Part shown: positions 1 through 9,879 of the stretch, in pieces
Layout of the letters: every line of letters starts with the position of its first letter
Numbering within the stretch: the first letter of the stretch is position 1
NCBI GenBank assembly: GCA_033764315.1
Contig: JANRJA010000246.1
Coordinates: 1 to 20,915 of the forward strand
Direction of reading: 5' to 3'
Length of the DNA: 20,915 nucleotides
Origin: Oculatellaceae cyanobacterium bins.114
Lineage (GTDB): Bacteria; Cyanobacteriota; Cyanobacteriia; Elainellales; Elainellaceae
The notes under the pieces: generated by a model
What the model was told of the DNA's origin: nothing
Seen by the model: only the letters and a program-made list of their open reading frames with translations
The model's database searches: none
Translations under genes and position numbers: made by a program

Positions 1-707
1 TCCAATACTTGTTCTAAGATATAATTGCAATCAATTTTTTGAAATTCTTGCGGTTGTTTGCCAACTTGAGCATAGGCAAGTAAATCTTGAATGAGTCGCT
101 GCATTCGGTTGCCTGTTTCGTGAATCCGATTGAGATAATCCTGTGCTGTTTCATCTAAGGTTGTGTCGTACTTTAACTGCAACAGACGGACAAAACCAGT
201 CACACTTTGGAGAGGTTGCTGCAAATCATGAGAAACAACGTAGGCAAATTGTTCTAGCTCCTGGTTAGAGCGATGTAATTCTTCGTTTTGCTTGACGAGC
301 TGTTGCTGGAGTCGTTGAATCCGCAATTGGTGCTCAATGCGGGCTAAGACTTCAGCCTCTTGAAATGGCTTTGTCACGTAATCTACACCTCCGGCGGCAA
401 AGGCTCGAACCTTGTCTAAAGCATCGTCTAGCGCACTGATAAAAATAATTGGCACCTCACAGGGGCTAGGAGTTGCTTTTAGCCGCTTACACACTTCATA
501 GCCATCCATCTCTGGCATTTTGATATCTAATAAGATGAGGTCGGGTGGTTCAGATTGCACAGAGGCGATCGCTCGTTGTCCATTTAAGGCTTTGCGAACT
601 TCATACCCCCGATTTGTCAACATGGCGGATAAGACGCGGAGGTTGTCGGGAGTATCATCCACAATTAAAATATCGGCTTTAGCAGGTTGTCCTGGAATGT
701 CAATCAT
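1..707 (-). CDS. Response-regulator receiver + histidine kinase (REC-HisKA..., 3' end runs off the window)
   Basis: Not in the ORF track; translated by hand from ATG at 707: MIDIPGQPAKADILIVDDTPDNLRVLSAML...PDLILLDIKMPEMDGYEVC...IIFISAL...YVTKPF (REC), coiled coil, then ELEQFAYVVSHDLQQPLQSVTGF (H-box). Open to the window edge. Start overlaps the upstream stop (ATGATTGA, 700-707). Confidence 0.93.
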   Translation of the reverse strand, partial: MIDIPGQPAKADILIVDDTPDNLRVLSAMLTNRGYEVRKALNGQRAIASVQSEPPDLILLDIKMPEMDGYEVCKRLKATPSPCEVPIIFISALDDALDKVRAFAAGGVDYVTKPFQEAEVLARIEHQLRIQRLQQQLVKQNEELHRSNQELEQFAYVVSHDLQQPLQSVTGFVRLLQLKYDTTLDETAQDYLNRIHETGNRMQRLIQDLLAYAQVGKQPQEFQKIDCNYILEQVL

Positions 708-2544
708 TTTTTTTATAGTGAATTAAAGAAATAACGTGGTCAAAATGAAAGTCTTCTATCCAACTTTTAAGAATATTGGCTAAAGGAGAGTAGCTCACCG
801 GAATTTCATTCAAGAGTTGAAAAATCTCGTCGTCGCGCCCTTTTACAGCGGCCTGATGGAGTTGGTCGATCCAGTGAGGCTCCATTTGAATCAGGTAATA
901 GTGCAACAGAGCATTAATGGATGTAGTAGATGGCTCTAACTCAGAGGGCGATCGCTCTGTTAGGGCTTGATCCAGGTAATAGGCATGATATTCATGGGTT
1001 GGCAGACGAGATACTCTTAAAATGTTGTTGATAAGAGATAACAGTTGGTTGCCGTTGCGGTGCATAATTGCAATTTGGGTTTGGTGCTCTTGAGAAAGTG
1101 CAGGATCATGTTTCATCATTTGAGCAAAGCCAATAATTGCGTTGAGTGGAGTCCGCAGTTCATGACTAACCTGAGCTAAAAATTCACTTTTTGCCTGGTT
1201 GGCGGCTTCCGCTGCATCTTTAGCTTGAGCAAGCTCAGCCGTTCGTTCGGTAATGCGGTTTTCTAACTCTGTAAATGAGGCTTGGAGTTGGGCGGCCATC
1301 TCGCTAAAGGACTGAGAGAGTGAGTTCAACTCATGAATGCCATAGGACTGGGGTGGTTGGTCGAGGTTGCCCTGGGCGATCGCCCGACTTGCTTCGGCCA
1401 ATTGACGGATAGGCTGAGTCAACCAACGGGAGGTCATCAACCCAACTAAAATGGCTACGGTGAGGGCTAACAAACATAACAGAAGAGTGGTACGGGTATT
1501 GGCATAAATGCGTTCTGTGAAGTCTGATTCTGGTACGACAAGCACAATTAACCAGTCCAATCGCATCTCGTCTTGCCAGGGGATGACGGAGACAAACAGG
1601 CGGTTTCCCTGCTCCTTAAAATCAAGGGTTTGACTGGTTTGAATGGTTTGCAAATTGCCAAACTGCTGTTGCAGTTGCAAAGCGGTGGCTTGAATCACAG
1701 GATCTTGGCTTTCGATTGCAGCGAGCCGAGTTACCTCTCCATTGACCACTTTAAAGGCAGGTTGAGCACTAGAACTGGCAACGAGTAAACCGTTTCGTTC
1801 TACTATAAAAGTTTTGGCAGATGGGCTGATGTTAATAGATTGCAAAAATCGATTAAAGTCTGACAAGATTAGATCAACCCCAATTACTCCCAACAGGCGT
1901 TGATCGGAGTCAAAAACGGGATAGCTAGCCGAAATGGAAAGCACTTCCGGTTTGTCGTCCCACTGATAAATGTTGCTCCACACGGGTTTTCTGGCTTGAG
2001 CCGCGTCTGCATACCAGGCTTCTTCATACACGGGGGGTTGTTCATGAATAATCTCTTCCAGGCGGAGCCGATTTCCCTGCTCATCGGCTTGATAGACAGC
2101 CATGTCAGACAATGAAGACTGACGGGTTTCGTTGATGACAATCGTTCCGTCATCTAACCGTTCAACCCCGATGAACTCTCCTTGAGGATTGGCAAAGTTA
2201 ATATAGCCGACGTCAAACAATTGCATCTGTTTCCAAAACAGTTCACCCATGCGATCAAAATCTTGTAGGTTAAGCATGTTTAACTCGATCGCTTTCAGAT
2301 TGAGTTGATTAATCTCATGGGGAGAGATTAATTGATCTTCGAGGTAATGGGAAATTTGGTTACTGGACTGATTTCGCAATTTTTGAACCAACTCATATAC
2401 GGATTGTTCCCCATTTCGTAGTGACAACCAACCTGTGATCCCAACGGCGATCGCTAATTGCAAAACAAATGGAACGACTAAAACTAGTCGCAATGGCATC
2501 CGACGTAGCAATGGAGATATAGATAAGGGACGTACAGGATTCAC
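700..2544 (-). CDS. Membrane sensor: TM-Cache-TM-HAMP-HisKA(DHp) + C-terminal helical module, no HATPase domain
   Basis: 614 aa ORF with two hydrophobic segments flanking a Cache-type region (WYADAAQARKPVWSNIYQW...GVIGVDL), a HAMP domain (LTQPIRQLAEASRAIAQG...ELNSLSQSFSEMA) and an H-box ([19 protein letters not shown]). No N/G1/G2 boxes follow. Alternative ATG start at 2499. Confidence 0.9.
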   Translation of the reverse strand: MNPVRPLSISPLLRRMPLRLVLVVPFVLQLAIAVGITGWLSLRNGEQSVYELVQKLRNQSSNQISHYLEDQLISPHEINQLNLKAIELNMLNLQDFDRMGELFWKQMQLFDVGYINFANPQGEFIGVERLDDGTIVINETRQSSLSDMAVYQADEQGNRLRLEEIIHEQPPVYEEAWYADAAQARKPVWSNIYQWDDKPEVLSISASYPVFDSDQRLLGVIGVDLILSDFNRFLQSINISPSAKTFIVERNGLLVASSSAQPAFKVVNGEVTRLAAIESQDPVIQATALQLQQQFGNLQTIQTSQTLDFKEQGNRLFVSVIPWQDEMRLDWLIVLVVPESDFTERIYANTRTTLLLCLLALTVAILVGLMTSRWLTQPIRQLAEASRAIAQGNLDQPPQSYGIHELNSLSQSFSEMAAQLQASFTELENRITERTAELAQAKDAAEAANQAKSEFLAQVSHELRTPLNAIIGFAQMMKHDPALSQEHQTQIAIMHRNGNQLLSLINNILRVSRLPTHEYHAYYLDQALTERSPSELEPSTTSINALLHYYLIQMEPHWIDQLHQAAVKGRDDEIFQLLNEIPVSYSPLANILKSWIEDFHFDHVISLIHYKKND

Positions 2545-2618
2545 AGCAATGCGTTTGATTTGTGGTGATTGAAAACCTGAGTGAATGGATACTGACCTGG
2601 GGTGACTAGAGCAGGAGA

Positions 2619-4154
2619 CTATTGGGGGACTTCAGTCACCTCAACGATGCGATCAAATTGAAAATTGTGAGTCCACATTTCTAGCGTTTTTGCCAGGGAA
2701 GCATGGTTTGCCGGAACCTTTTGTAAAAGATGGAGAATTTGTTGGTCAAACCCTTTAACAGCAGCTTGATGCAATTGCATTAACCAGTCATTGGGCATGG
2801 CAGTTTGCAAGGTTTCTTTGGTGAGTGTGTCTGGCTCTAAAATAGTTTGCCCAACAGAGGCTACAAAATGAGACGAGGATTGAGCCACTGCCTGCCGGGA
2901 TGCCACCTGAACTGGCAGATAAACCCACACTCCATTGCTCTGCCCAAGGGAACTCTTGAAAATCACATCGCCCCCCATTAATTGAGCAAATTGACGCACC
3001 AGTAGCAAACTCAGTCCCAGTTCTTGCCCCAACTTTTGATTAGATTCGGTTTGAAAAAATGCTTGCAGTCCCATCTCTAGATCACTTAACGCCACCCTTA
3101 CACCATTCCCTTGGACTTCAAAGACGAGCTTGCAAGTTTCATCGACTGAGAACGAGAGTGGATTTTCGACAGCAACCTTGATGGCGATCGCCCCTGTATC
3201 AGTCGTTTGAATGGCGTTGTCCAACAGATTCATCAAGATCTGCCGAACTTTGCTCTCATCTGCTCGGATGTGCTGAGGCACTTCAGAACTTCGCTGAAAC
3301 TCAAACCGCAAGCCCTTTTTCAGAGCTTTAGATTGCCACAGTGCCACAATGGAGTCTAAAAGATGATGGAAATCAAACTCTTGTTCGTTGAGAGACAGTT
3401 GATGCAGTTCTGCATGGGTAATCGCCAAGATATTGTTGATCAGTTTGAGGAGCCGTTGAGCACTGTCATCAATGGCGGCTAAGGAATCTTGGTGATCTGG
3501 TGTCAAATTGCCCTCTCCTCTCATGAGGGCTGTATATCCCAAAATAATATTGAGAGGCGTGCGTAACTCATGGCTCATTTGAGCTAAAAACTCACTTTTG
3601 ATATAGTTCGCAGCTTCTGCCATATTTTTGGCATCTTGCAGGGAGGCTTCAGTTAAAATGCGGCACTGAATTTCTTCATGTAACGATTGCTCGATTTGTT
3701 TGCGTTCATCAATTTCTTGAAGTAATTGCTTGTTTTGAATAGCTAACTGGTTCTTCAGTTCTTGAATCGTCAGTTGATGCCGAATTCGAGCCAGCACTTC
3801 TTCTGTTTGAAAGGGTTTTGTAATGTAGTCAACCCCGCCCACTTGAAAGGCACTGACAATATTTCTGACATCACTTAAGGCACTCAAAAAAATGATCGGA
3901 ATCTCTTCTGTCTTAGGGTTTTGTTTCAACCGTTGACACACCTCATACCCATCCATTCCCGGCATCCGCACATCTAGTAAAATCAGATCGGGCGGCAAGT
4001 TTTGAATGCTGACAAACGCCATTGAAGCGTTGATCACACAGCGGACGGTATAACCATGAGCCGTCAGAGTTTTCGACAACACACGCAGGTTGTCTGGTGA
4101 ATCATCGATGATGAGAATAGTACCTTTAGGGGGGTTGGCCGACTCAAGGGTCAT
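2619..4154 (-). CDS. REC-HisKA-degenerate HATPase + C-terminal helical module (probable pseudokinase)
   Basis: 511 aa; REC (ILIIDD...LLDVRMP...FLSA...ITKPF); H-box [16 protein letters not shown]-box NLLDNAIQT; G1 reads VQGNGVRV and G2 reads GQELGLS. Start overlaps the upstream stop (ATGA, 4151-4154). Confidence 0.9.
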   Translation of the reverse strand: MTLESANPPKGTILIIDDSPDNLRVLSKTLTAHGYTVRCVINASMAFVSIQNLPPDLILLDVRMPGMDGYEVCQRLKQNPKTEEIPIIFLSALSDVRNIVSAFQVGGVDYITKPFQTEEVLARIRHQLTIQELKNQLAIQNKQLLQEIDERKQIEQSLHEEIQCRILTEASLQDAKNMAEAANYIKSEFLAQMSHELRTPLNIILGYTALMRGEGNLTPDHQDSLAAIDDSAQRLLKLINNILAITHAELHQLSLNEQEFDFHHLLDSIVALWQSKALKKGLRFEFQRSSEVPQHIRADESKVRQILMNLLDNAIQTTDTGAIAIKVAVENPLSFSVDETCKLVFEVQGNGVRVALSDLEMGLQAFFQTESNQKLGQELGLSLLLVRQFAQLMGGDVIFKSSLGQSNGVWVYLPVQVASRQAVAQSSSHFVASVGQTILEPDTLTKETLQTAMPNDWLMQLHQAAVKGFDQQILHLLQKVPANHASLAKTLEMWTHNFQFDRIVEVTEVPQ

Positions 4155-7100
4155 CGTTGGATGGGTTGGGTTAGGGTTAGCAGTTGGTCAAAGCAAAAAT
4201 TGTTAACTAACTCAGTGAGTGTCGTGGCGATCGCTGGATGGCTATCAGGGATTTGATCAATTAGAGCCAATAACTGTTGATCGGAGCCAAGATTAGCGGC
4301 TTGATAAAACTGCTCAAACCACGCGGTTGGCATCAACCCACTCAGCTCAGATTGCACTAATTCCAGGTCTAATGGCTTTACTGGCACCTGTTCAGTGGAT
4401 GGCAAAGGGGTGAATTGAGCGGTGACAAATTGCACTCCTAAATAGTGTTGGATTTTGCTCAATAGCAGATCTTCTCGAAAGGGTTTGCGGACAAAATCAT
4501 TACAGCCTGATGCTAATACTTCTGCCCGATCTTCCTCAAAGGCACTCGCTGTTAGTGCAATGATGACCGTTGAAGATGGAGGATCAGGATCATCGTCCCA
4601 TCGTCCCTGTTGTTCTAATTGTTCTAATACTCGAATTTGTCGAGTGGCTTCATAGCCGTCTAGACCGGGCAAGTGCATATCCATCCAGATGAGATGGGGT
4701 CGCCACTGTTGCCAGAGTGCGATCGCGGCGTTGCCGTCCAAGGCTTCTTGAACGTCAAACCCCAACGACTGTAACAGCGTCACCAACAAGCACCGACTTT
4801 CAACGTGATCCTCTACAACAAGAATTCGATAGGTGGGTTGCCCTGGACCTAAATGGATGGCGGACTGCCTTAATTGGTGCGATCGCGTTGAAACAGAGGC
4901 AACTGGCTGAACTGGAATTTTGATTTTTACGGTGGTGCCAACTCCCACCTGGCTCAAGAGTTCGATTGTGCCTTGCATCAATTGCACAAACTTACGACTG
5001 ATGGGTAGCCCCAACCCCGTGCCCTCAGTGGCGTGAGATCGACTGCGTGACTGCATAAATGGTTCAAACAACAGGGGCAGTTCCTTTGGCTCAATGCCTA
5101 GTCCGGTGTCGCACACCTCGATTTTGAGGAATACGGTGTTCGGTGGATGGGGAAGTGGTTGATTGGGTTGTGTTTCAGGAGTCTCTAAAAGGGGTGTCTG
5201 CAAGGAGTCAGAGGGTAAGCTGAGAGAGGCTGTCTCGGATGGGTCAACCCTCTCAGTTGCGCTCTCTCCCTCTTCTGCATGCTCAACTGACACCCGCAGT
5301 GTGACCGTTCCAACCTGGGTAAACTTGATGGCATTTCCCAACAGATTGACTAGCACCTGGCGTAATTTGCCTTCATCGGTTTGAATGTATCGGGGTGAGT
5401 CTGGTGTTAATTCAACGGCAAGCTGTAACCCTTTAGACTGTGCCCTTAAGTGAAACATTTCCTCCAGACTGATCAGGAGATCCTGTAAGTCAAAATCACT
5501 GGAATTAAATGACTGTTTTCCAGCCTCAATCTTAGACATTTCCAGGACTTCATTAATCAAATCCAAAAGATTTTCGCCACTGCGGTTGATCGTAGCTAAG
5601 TAGTCTCGGACAGAGTCGGTTAATGAGTTCTCTCGCGCAATCACTTGAGTGAAACCCAAAATAACATTGAGTGGAGTGCGTAACTCATGGCTCATATTAG
5701 CCAAAAACTCGCTTTTAGCCCGATTGGCTGATTCGGCGGCATCTCGTGCTTTTTCAAGCTCAACCGATTGCTGTTGAGTTTGGGCAAGCAAGCCTGACAA
5801 AGCATCTTCTGCCTGTTTGCGTTCTAGTTCAGCTCCGGCTCTGGCTGCAAAAATGCGGAGGATTTGCTCAGAGAATGGATATTGGGTCAGAGGTTTGCTA
5901 TCTAGCACCTTTAAGTGCCCAATGACATTTCCTGAGGAGTCATTTAATGGGATGCCAAAATAGCTCTCTATACCCAGTTCTATCAAGTGTTCGTGATCTG
6001 GGAAATGGGTCTGAAGGGAGTCTCGATAGTAAATTATCTCGCCAGCTAAGACTTGTGCGCATGGAGTTCCAACGATTTCATATTCAAAATTCTCACCAAA
6101 TGTATTGCCCTTCCAAAATGCTAGGGTTCGTGCGGTTGTTTTGTCGGGTTTGAGCAATTCGGTGACAAAGGCATACTTCACTTGCAAGATTTCGGCTAGG
6201 TGACGCACTAGCGACAGGAAAAACTCACTCCCTGTTTTAGCCGCTGTTCCTTCAACAATTAATCGCAGTGCTTGCTCCATTTGCTTGCGCTCAGTAATAT
6301 CAGTGGCGACTCCAAGCACTAATGTGGATTGAGCATCGATTGATTTAATCGGTTTTTTAATCGTTTGAAAGAAGCGCGTTTCTCCAGAGGCAGAGGTCAC
6401 ACATTCTTCGATCAGTTTAGGTTGCTGGGTGCTGATGACTTCACGATCGTCTTGCAAAAAATGCTCAATCTCGGCTGAGTTAGGGTTGAAGTCAGCATCA
6501 CTTTTGCCAATCAAATTTTCAACCGTTGTCCCATAAATTTCTGCTACCGCCTGGTTTGCTAACACAAATCTGGCATTCCAATCTTTTGCAAAAATAAGAT
6601 TGGGTGGAGTGTCAATGACGTTGCGGAGAAATTCTTGTTGCCGTTTTAGAGTTTCTTCGATGCGTTTGCGATCGCTAATATCGGTGTCAAGTGTGGTAAC
6701 GATCCAACAATTGGCTGTATCGTCCCATTGGGGAGTGTAGACTTCAGAAATCCAATGAATGGTGCCATCGGCGTGGTAGAAGCGATATTCCACAATGCCA
6801 GACTGTCCTGCAAAGACATCTGTTGTCAGTTTTGCTTGATAGATCTCCAGATCCCTGGGAAAAACATGCAATGCCCAAAAATTGGGGTCGGCTACAAATT
6901 GTTCTAAGGGAAACCCAAATACTCTTTCATACCCGACAGAGCGATACTCCGGACTCCAAGTATGATCTGCAAAAAAACGAATGGAGGCGATCGCGGCATT
7001 CGCACTGTTTAATACGTTACTGAGCTTGGCTTCAGACTGTTTGAGGGCTAGTTTTAGTTGTTGGCTTTTGGCTTCTGTTTGCTCAAGGCTGATAAACTTA

Positions 7101-8449
7101 CCAATGCTCTCAGCCATGAGTTCAATGATTTCTTGCTCATGATGCTCAAACTCAGGCGATCGCGGTTGAGTTGAAAAAAAGCACAGTGTCCCAAACAGGG
7201 CATCATCAACCCAGATAGGAGTTCCTAAATAGGATTCCAGTTTTAAGCTTTGATAAAGTGGGTGATCACACATCTCCGCCATCTGACCCACATGATGAAA
7301 GGCCACCGTCTGTCTCCGTTCCACCACCTTGCCACAGAAGGTATTGCCCAACTCTGTCTTCATTCCAGAGACTAACGACTCTATATCGGACTGAACCTTT
7401 AAGAACGTAAAGGTTTGATCTTGAACTTGTCCGGCTGACCCAGCGGCAAACCCTAAAATCTGACAACCTGTTTGGATGTAGTCTGAAAACAAGTGTTCAA
7501 GGCTATCAAAGTGGGTGACGCTGAGTCGATGCAATTGTTTTAAGCTATGGCCAAACTCAGCCAGTCGTTGAGTCTTTTTCTGTAACTCAGCCTCAGCCAG
7601 TTTGCGATCAGTCAAATCTCGACCTACGCCAATTACCCCTAATACAGTGTTCGTCTCATCCACAAAGGGAGTTCTTAAAATGTCGAGCCAGCGTTGATTG
7701 CGGTGTTGATCTGGCAGACATACCTCATAGCGTTGAAACGTGTATGGTGCTAATGCGGTTGTCGTAACCTCCAGATCAGTCGATGCCCCGACATGTAACA
7801 GGGGATCGGGGTGCCCCATCATGTCTTGCTGAGATTGCCCGATAAATGCTTCAAATGCTCGGTTACAACTCTGGCATGTGCCATCGGGAGCCTGATAAAA
7901 AATCAGATCAGGGATAGAGTTAATTAAACATTGCAAAAATGCCCGTTCACGACTTAATGTATCTTGCAAATTCTGGCGATCGACAATTTCTTGTTGAAGC
8001 CGCTGATTTTGAGCAATTAGTTGGTCTTTTTGTTGATGTAATGCTTGGTTTAAGTGCAACAATTGCAATTGATATTTCACCCTGGCCATGATTTCAGGGG
8101 CTTGAAAGGGTTTGTGAATAAAATCAGCTCCGCCGATTGAAAAAGCTTTGACCTTATCTGCAATTTCGTCGAGGGCACTAATAAAAATTACGGGAATGTG
8201 ACGGGTATGGGGTTGAGCTTTTAGAATTCTACAGATTTCATAGCCATCTATTTGTGGCATCATGATGTCTAGCAGAATTAAGTCAATCGCCTGATTAGAG
8301 GTAACTGTTAATGCAGCGACGCCATCAGAAGCCGTTTGGACATTGCAACCTAATCTAGCCACGATATTGACTAGCAAATCTGAACTCACTTGATTGTCAT
8401 CCACAATCAAGACAGTTGCTTGAGATAGCGAAGCCCATTCTATACTCAT
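4151..8449 (-). CDS. Cytoplasmic multi-sensor hybrid histidine kinase (REC-PAS-GAF-PAS-PAS-GAF-HisKA-HATPase-REC)
   Basis: 1432 aa; N-terminal REC (LLDIMMP), three PAS/PAC ends (DLTDRK, DISDRK, DITERK), two GAF-like regions, H-box [13 protein letters not shown]-box [11 protein letters not shown]1 DTGLGI, G2 GTGLGL, C-terminal REC (IWMDMHLP...VRKPF). No transmembrane segment seen. Confidence 0.95.
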   Translation of the reverse strand: MSIEWASLSQATVLIVDDNQVSSDLLVNIVARLGCNVQTASDGVAALTVTSNQAIDLILLDIMMPQIDGYEICRILKAQPHTRHIPVIFISALDEIADKVKAFSIGGADFIHKPFQAPEIMARVKYQLQLLHLNQALHQQKDQLIAQNQRLQQEIVDRQNLQDTLSRERAFLQCLINSIPDLIFYQAPDGTCQSCNRAFEAFIGQSQQDMMGHPDPLLHVGASTDLEVTTTALAPYTFQRYEVCLPDQHRNQRWLDILRTPFVDETNTVLGVIGVGRDLTDRKLAEAELQKKTQRLAEFGHSLKQLHRLSVTHFDSLEHLFSDYIQTGCQILGFAAGSAGQVQDQTFTFLKVQSDIESLVSGMKTELGNTFCGKVVERRQTVAFHHVGQMAEMCDHPLYQSLKLESYLGTPIWVDDALFGTLCFFSTQPRSPEFEHHEQEIIELMAESIGKFISLEQTEAKSQQLKLALKQSEAKLSNVLNSANAAIASIRFFADHTWSPEYRSVGYERVFGFPLEQFVADPNFWALHVFPRDLEIYQAKLTTDVFAGQSGIVEYRFYHADGTIHWISEVYTPQWDDTANCWIVTTLDTDISDRKRIEETLKRQQEFLRNVIDTPPNLIFAKDWNARFVLANQAVAEIYGTTVENLIGKSDADFNPNSAEIEHFLQDDREVISTQQPKLIEECVTSASGETRFFQTIKKPIKSIDAQSTLVLGVATDITERKQMEQALRLIVEGTAAKTGSEFFLSLVRHLAEILQVKYAFVTELLKPDKTTARTLAFWKGNTFGENFEYEIVGTPCAQVLAGEIIYYRDSLQTHFPDHEHLIELGIESYFGIPLNDSSGNVIGHLKVLDSKPLTQYPFSEQILRIFAARAGAELERKQAEDALSGLLAQTQQQSVELEKARDAAESANRAKSEFLANMSHELRTPLNVILGFTQVIARENSLTDSVRDYLATINRSGENLLDLINEVLEMSKIEAGKQSFNSSDFDLQDLLISLEEMFHLRAQSKGLQLAVELTPDSPRYIQTDEGKLRQVLVNLLGNAIKFTQVGTVTLRVSVEHAEEGESATERVDPSETASLSLPSDSLQTPLLETPETQPNQPLPHPPNTVFLKIEVCDTGLGIEPKELPLLFEPFMQSRSRSHATEGTGLGLPISRKFVQLMQGTIELLSQVGVGTTVKIKIPVQPVASVSTRSHQLRQSAIHLGPGQPTYRILVVEDHVESRCLLVTLLQSLGFDVQEALDGNAAIALWQQWRPHLIWMDMHLPGLDGYEATRQIRVLEQLEQQGRWDDDPDPPSSTVIIALTASAFEEDRAEVLASGCNDFVRKPFREDLLLSKIQHYLGVQFVTAQFTPLPSTEQVPVKPLDLELVQSELSGLMPTAWFEQFYQAANLGSDQQLLALIDQIPDSHPAIATTLTELVNNFCFDQLLTLTQPIQR

Positions 8450-8573
8450 GTTGCCAATATGTTTTCAATGATTAGATTACAGAAGTTGGATACTTAAAAA
8501 CTACTAAACCCAGTCTTAATGACGTTCTATGTTTTCTCATGACAGATGCCTTAACCCCCTTTAAAAACTACGG

Positions 8574-9650
8574 TCAGTTGTTTAAATGTTTGTCTGAGTA
8601 AAACTTTAATAGTTTAGTAGCAGCGACCTCCGCTATCGGTCTTGAAAAGAAGTAGCCTTGCATACGGTTACACCCTAAAGATTGAAGCGCGATTGAGTCT
8701 TCTGGAGTTTCTACTCCTTCTGCAATAACTTGCAACCCCAGACGAGAAGCGAGCAAAATAATCGTTTCGCTGATATCCCAACGTTTAGATTGAATGAAAG
8801 ACCGATCGATTTTAAGGGCATCAATGGGCAGGTCTTGTAACCGCGCTAGAGAAGAATATCCTGTCCCAAAGTCATCGAGATAGACCTGCAAACCCATGCT
8901 GCGAAATTGTGACAGCAGATAAATGGCAACGTCTTGATTGGCAATTAGCATGGTTTCTGTGATTTCTAGTTTTAAACTACCAGGCGCAATTTTGCTCTCT
9001 TGTAGAATCTGTTGTATCTGTTGTAATAGGTCAGGTTGTAACAGTTGCACCACTGAGAGATTGACACTAATAGAGATGGGAGGAGCACCAGAAAATTGTC
9101 GCTGCCAGTCTGCCAATTGGTAACATGCTTGTTTTAAAGCCCACAACCCCAATTGCTGAATGATGCCAGTGCGCTCTGCCATAGGAATAAACACGGTGGG
9201 AGAGATGTCGCCTTGAGTGGGATGTTGCCAGCGCAATAATGCCTCAAAACTAACGATTCGCTCTGGATTAGTCTCGATGATAGGTTGATAAACTAGCTGA
9301 AATTGTTGTTGATTTAATGCGTGATGTAGGCTGTTTTCGAGTTGAAGCTGTTCAATTTCAGTCGATGAGAGTAGTTTTATTGGTGTTACAGCTGCTTGCT
9401 CAATCGTGTTTGCTAAACGAGTTAACCGATTGGCATTATTTAGAGCGATCGCAATTAGCCGATATCCTTCATCAGACAGATCTCCTAATTGCCCAGTCTG
9501 AAGTAATCCCAAAACACCCTGAATCGAGGTCAATGGAGTTCTTAATTCATGACTGATAAATAAAGTTGGGCTTTCAAATAAGTTTGCCATCATTTCTTTC
9601 AGATTCTGCAATGCGCTGGGAGATAGAGAAGTGGTGTTCTGGAAACTCAT
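8574..9650 (-). CDS. HisKA(DHp)-EAL fusion, probable c-di-GMP phosphodiesterase
   Basis: 358 aa; N-terminal [20 protein letters not shown]...RLTRLAN; EAL domain with YQPI, FEALLRW, ISVNLS, KLEITE, DDFGTGYSSL, LKIDRSF, IAEGVE and QGYFFS motifs. Confidence 0.92.
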   Translation of the reverse strand: MSFQNTTSLSPSALQNLKEMMANLFESPTLFISHELRTPLTSIQGVLGLLQTGQLGDLSDEGYRLIAIALNNANRLTRLANTIEQAAVTPIKLLSSTEIEQLQLENSLHHALNQQQFQLVYQPIIETNPERIVSFEALLRWQHPTQGDISPTVFIPMAERTGIIQQLGLWALKQACYQLADWQRQFSGAPPISISVNLSVVQLLQPDLLQQIQQILQESKIAPGSLKLEITETMLIANQDVAIYLLSQFRSMGLQVYLDDFGTGYSSLARLQDLPIDALKIDRSFIQSKRWDISETIILLASRLGLQVIAEGVETPEDSIALQSLGCNRMQGYFFSRPIAEVAATKLLKFYSDKHLNN

Positions 9651-9879
9651 TATGATGATAACCCTGTAAAATTTTGGTCGTTTGGCATTGGTTCGTTTAA
9701 CCTTACTGTTAAGAGTTGAGGGGTTAAAAGGGTAGCATTGCTGAATTAGAAATAAAGCGATGAATATCTATCCTTAAGAAACCCTAACTATCGGGAGTTT
9801 TATCGACTGATGGGGATGAGCTAGTTGACATCGTATTAAATAAGGTAAGGGATAAGTTTCATATAAATTCTTGAGGCAC

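Noticed and set aside
5830..7520. GAF domains of the 1432 aa kinase as phytochrome/cyanobacteriochrome photosensors
   Set aside because: No bilin-binding CH motif and no DIP/DXCF-type motif; they look like non-photosensory GAFs.
9690..9730. SphR/Pho box (YTTAAYYW repeats) upstream of the EAL gene
   Set aside because: The TTAAC units are not at the required 11-bp period or in a consistent orientation.
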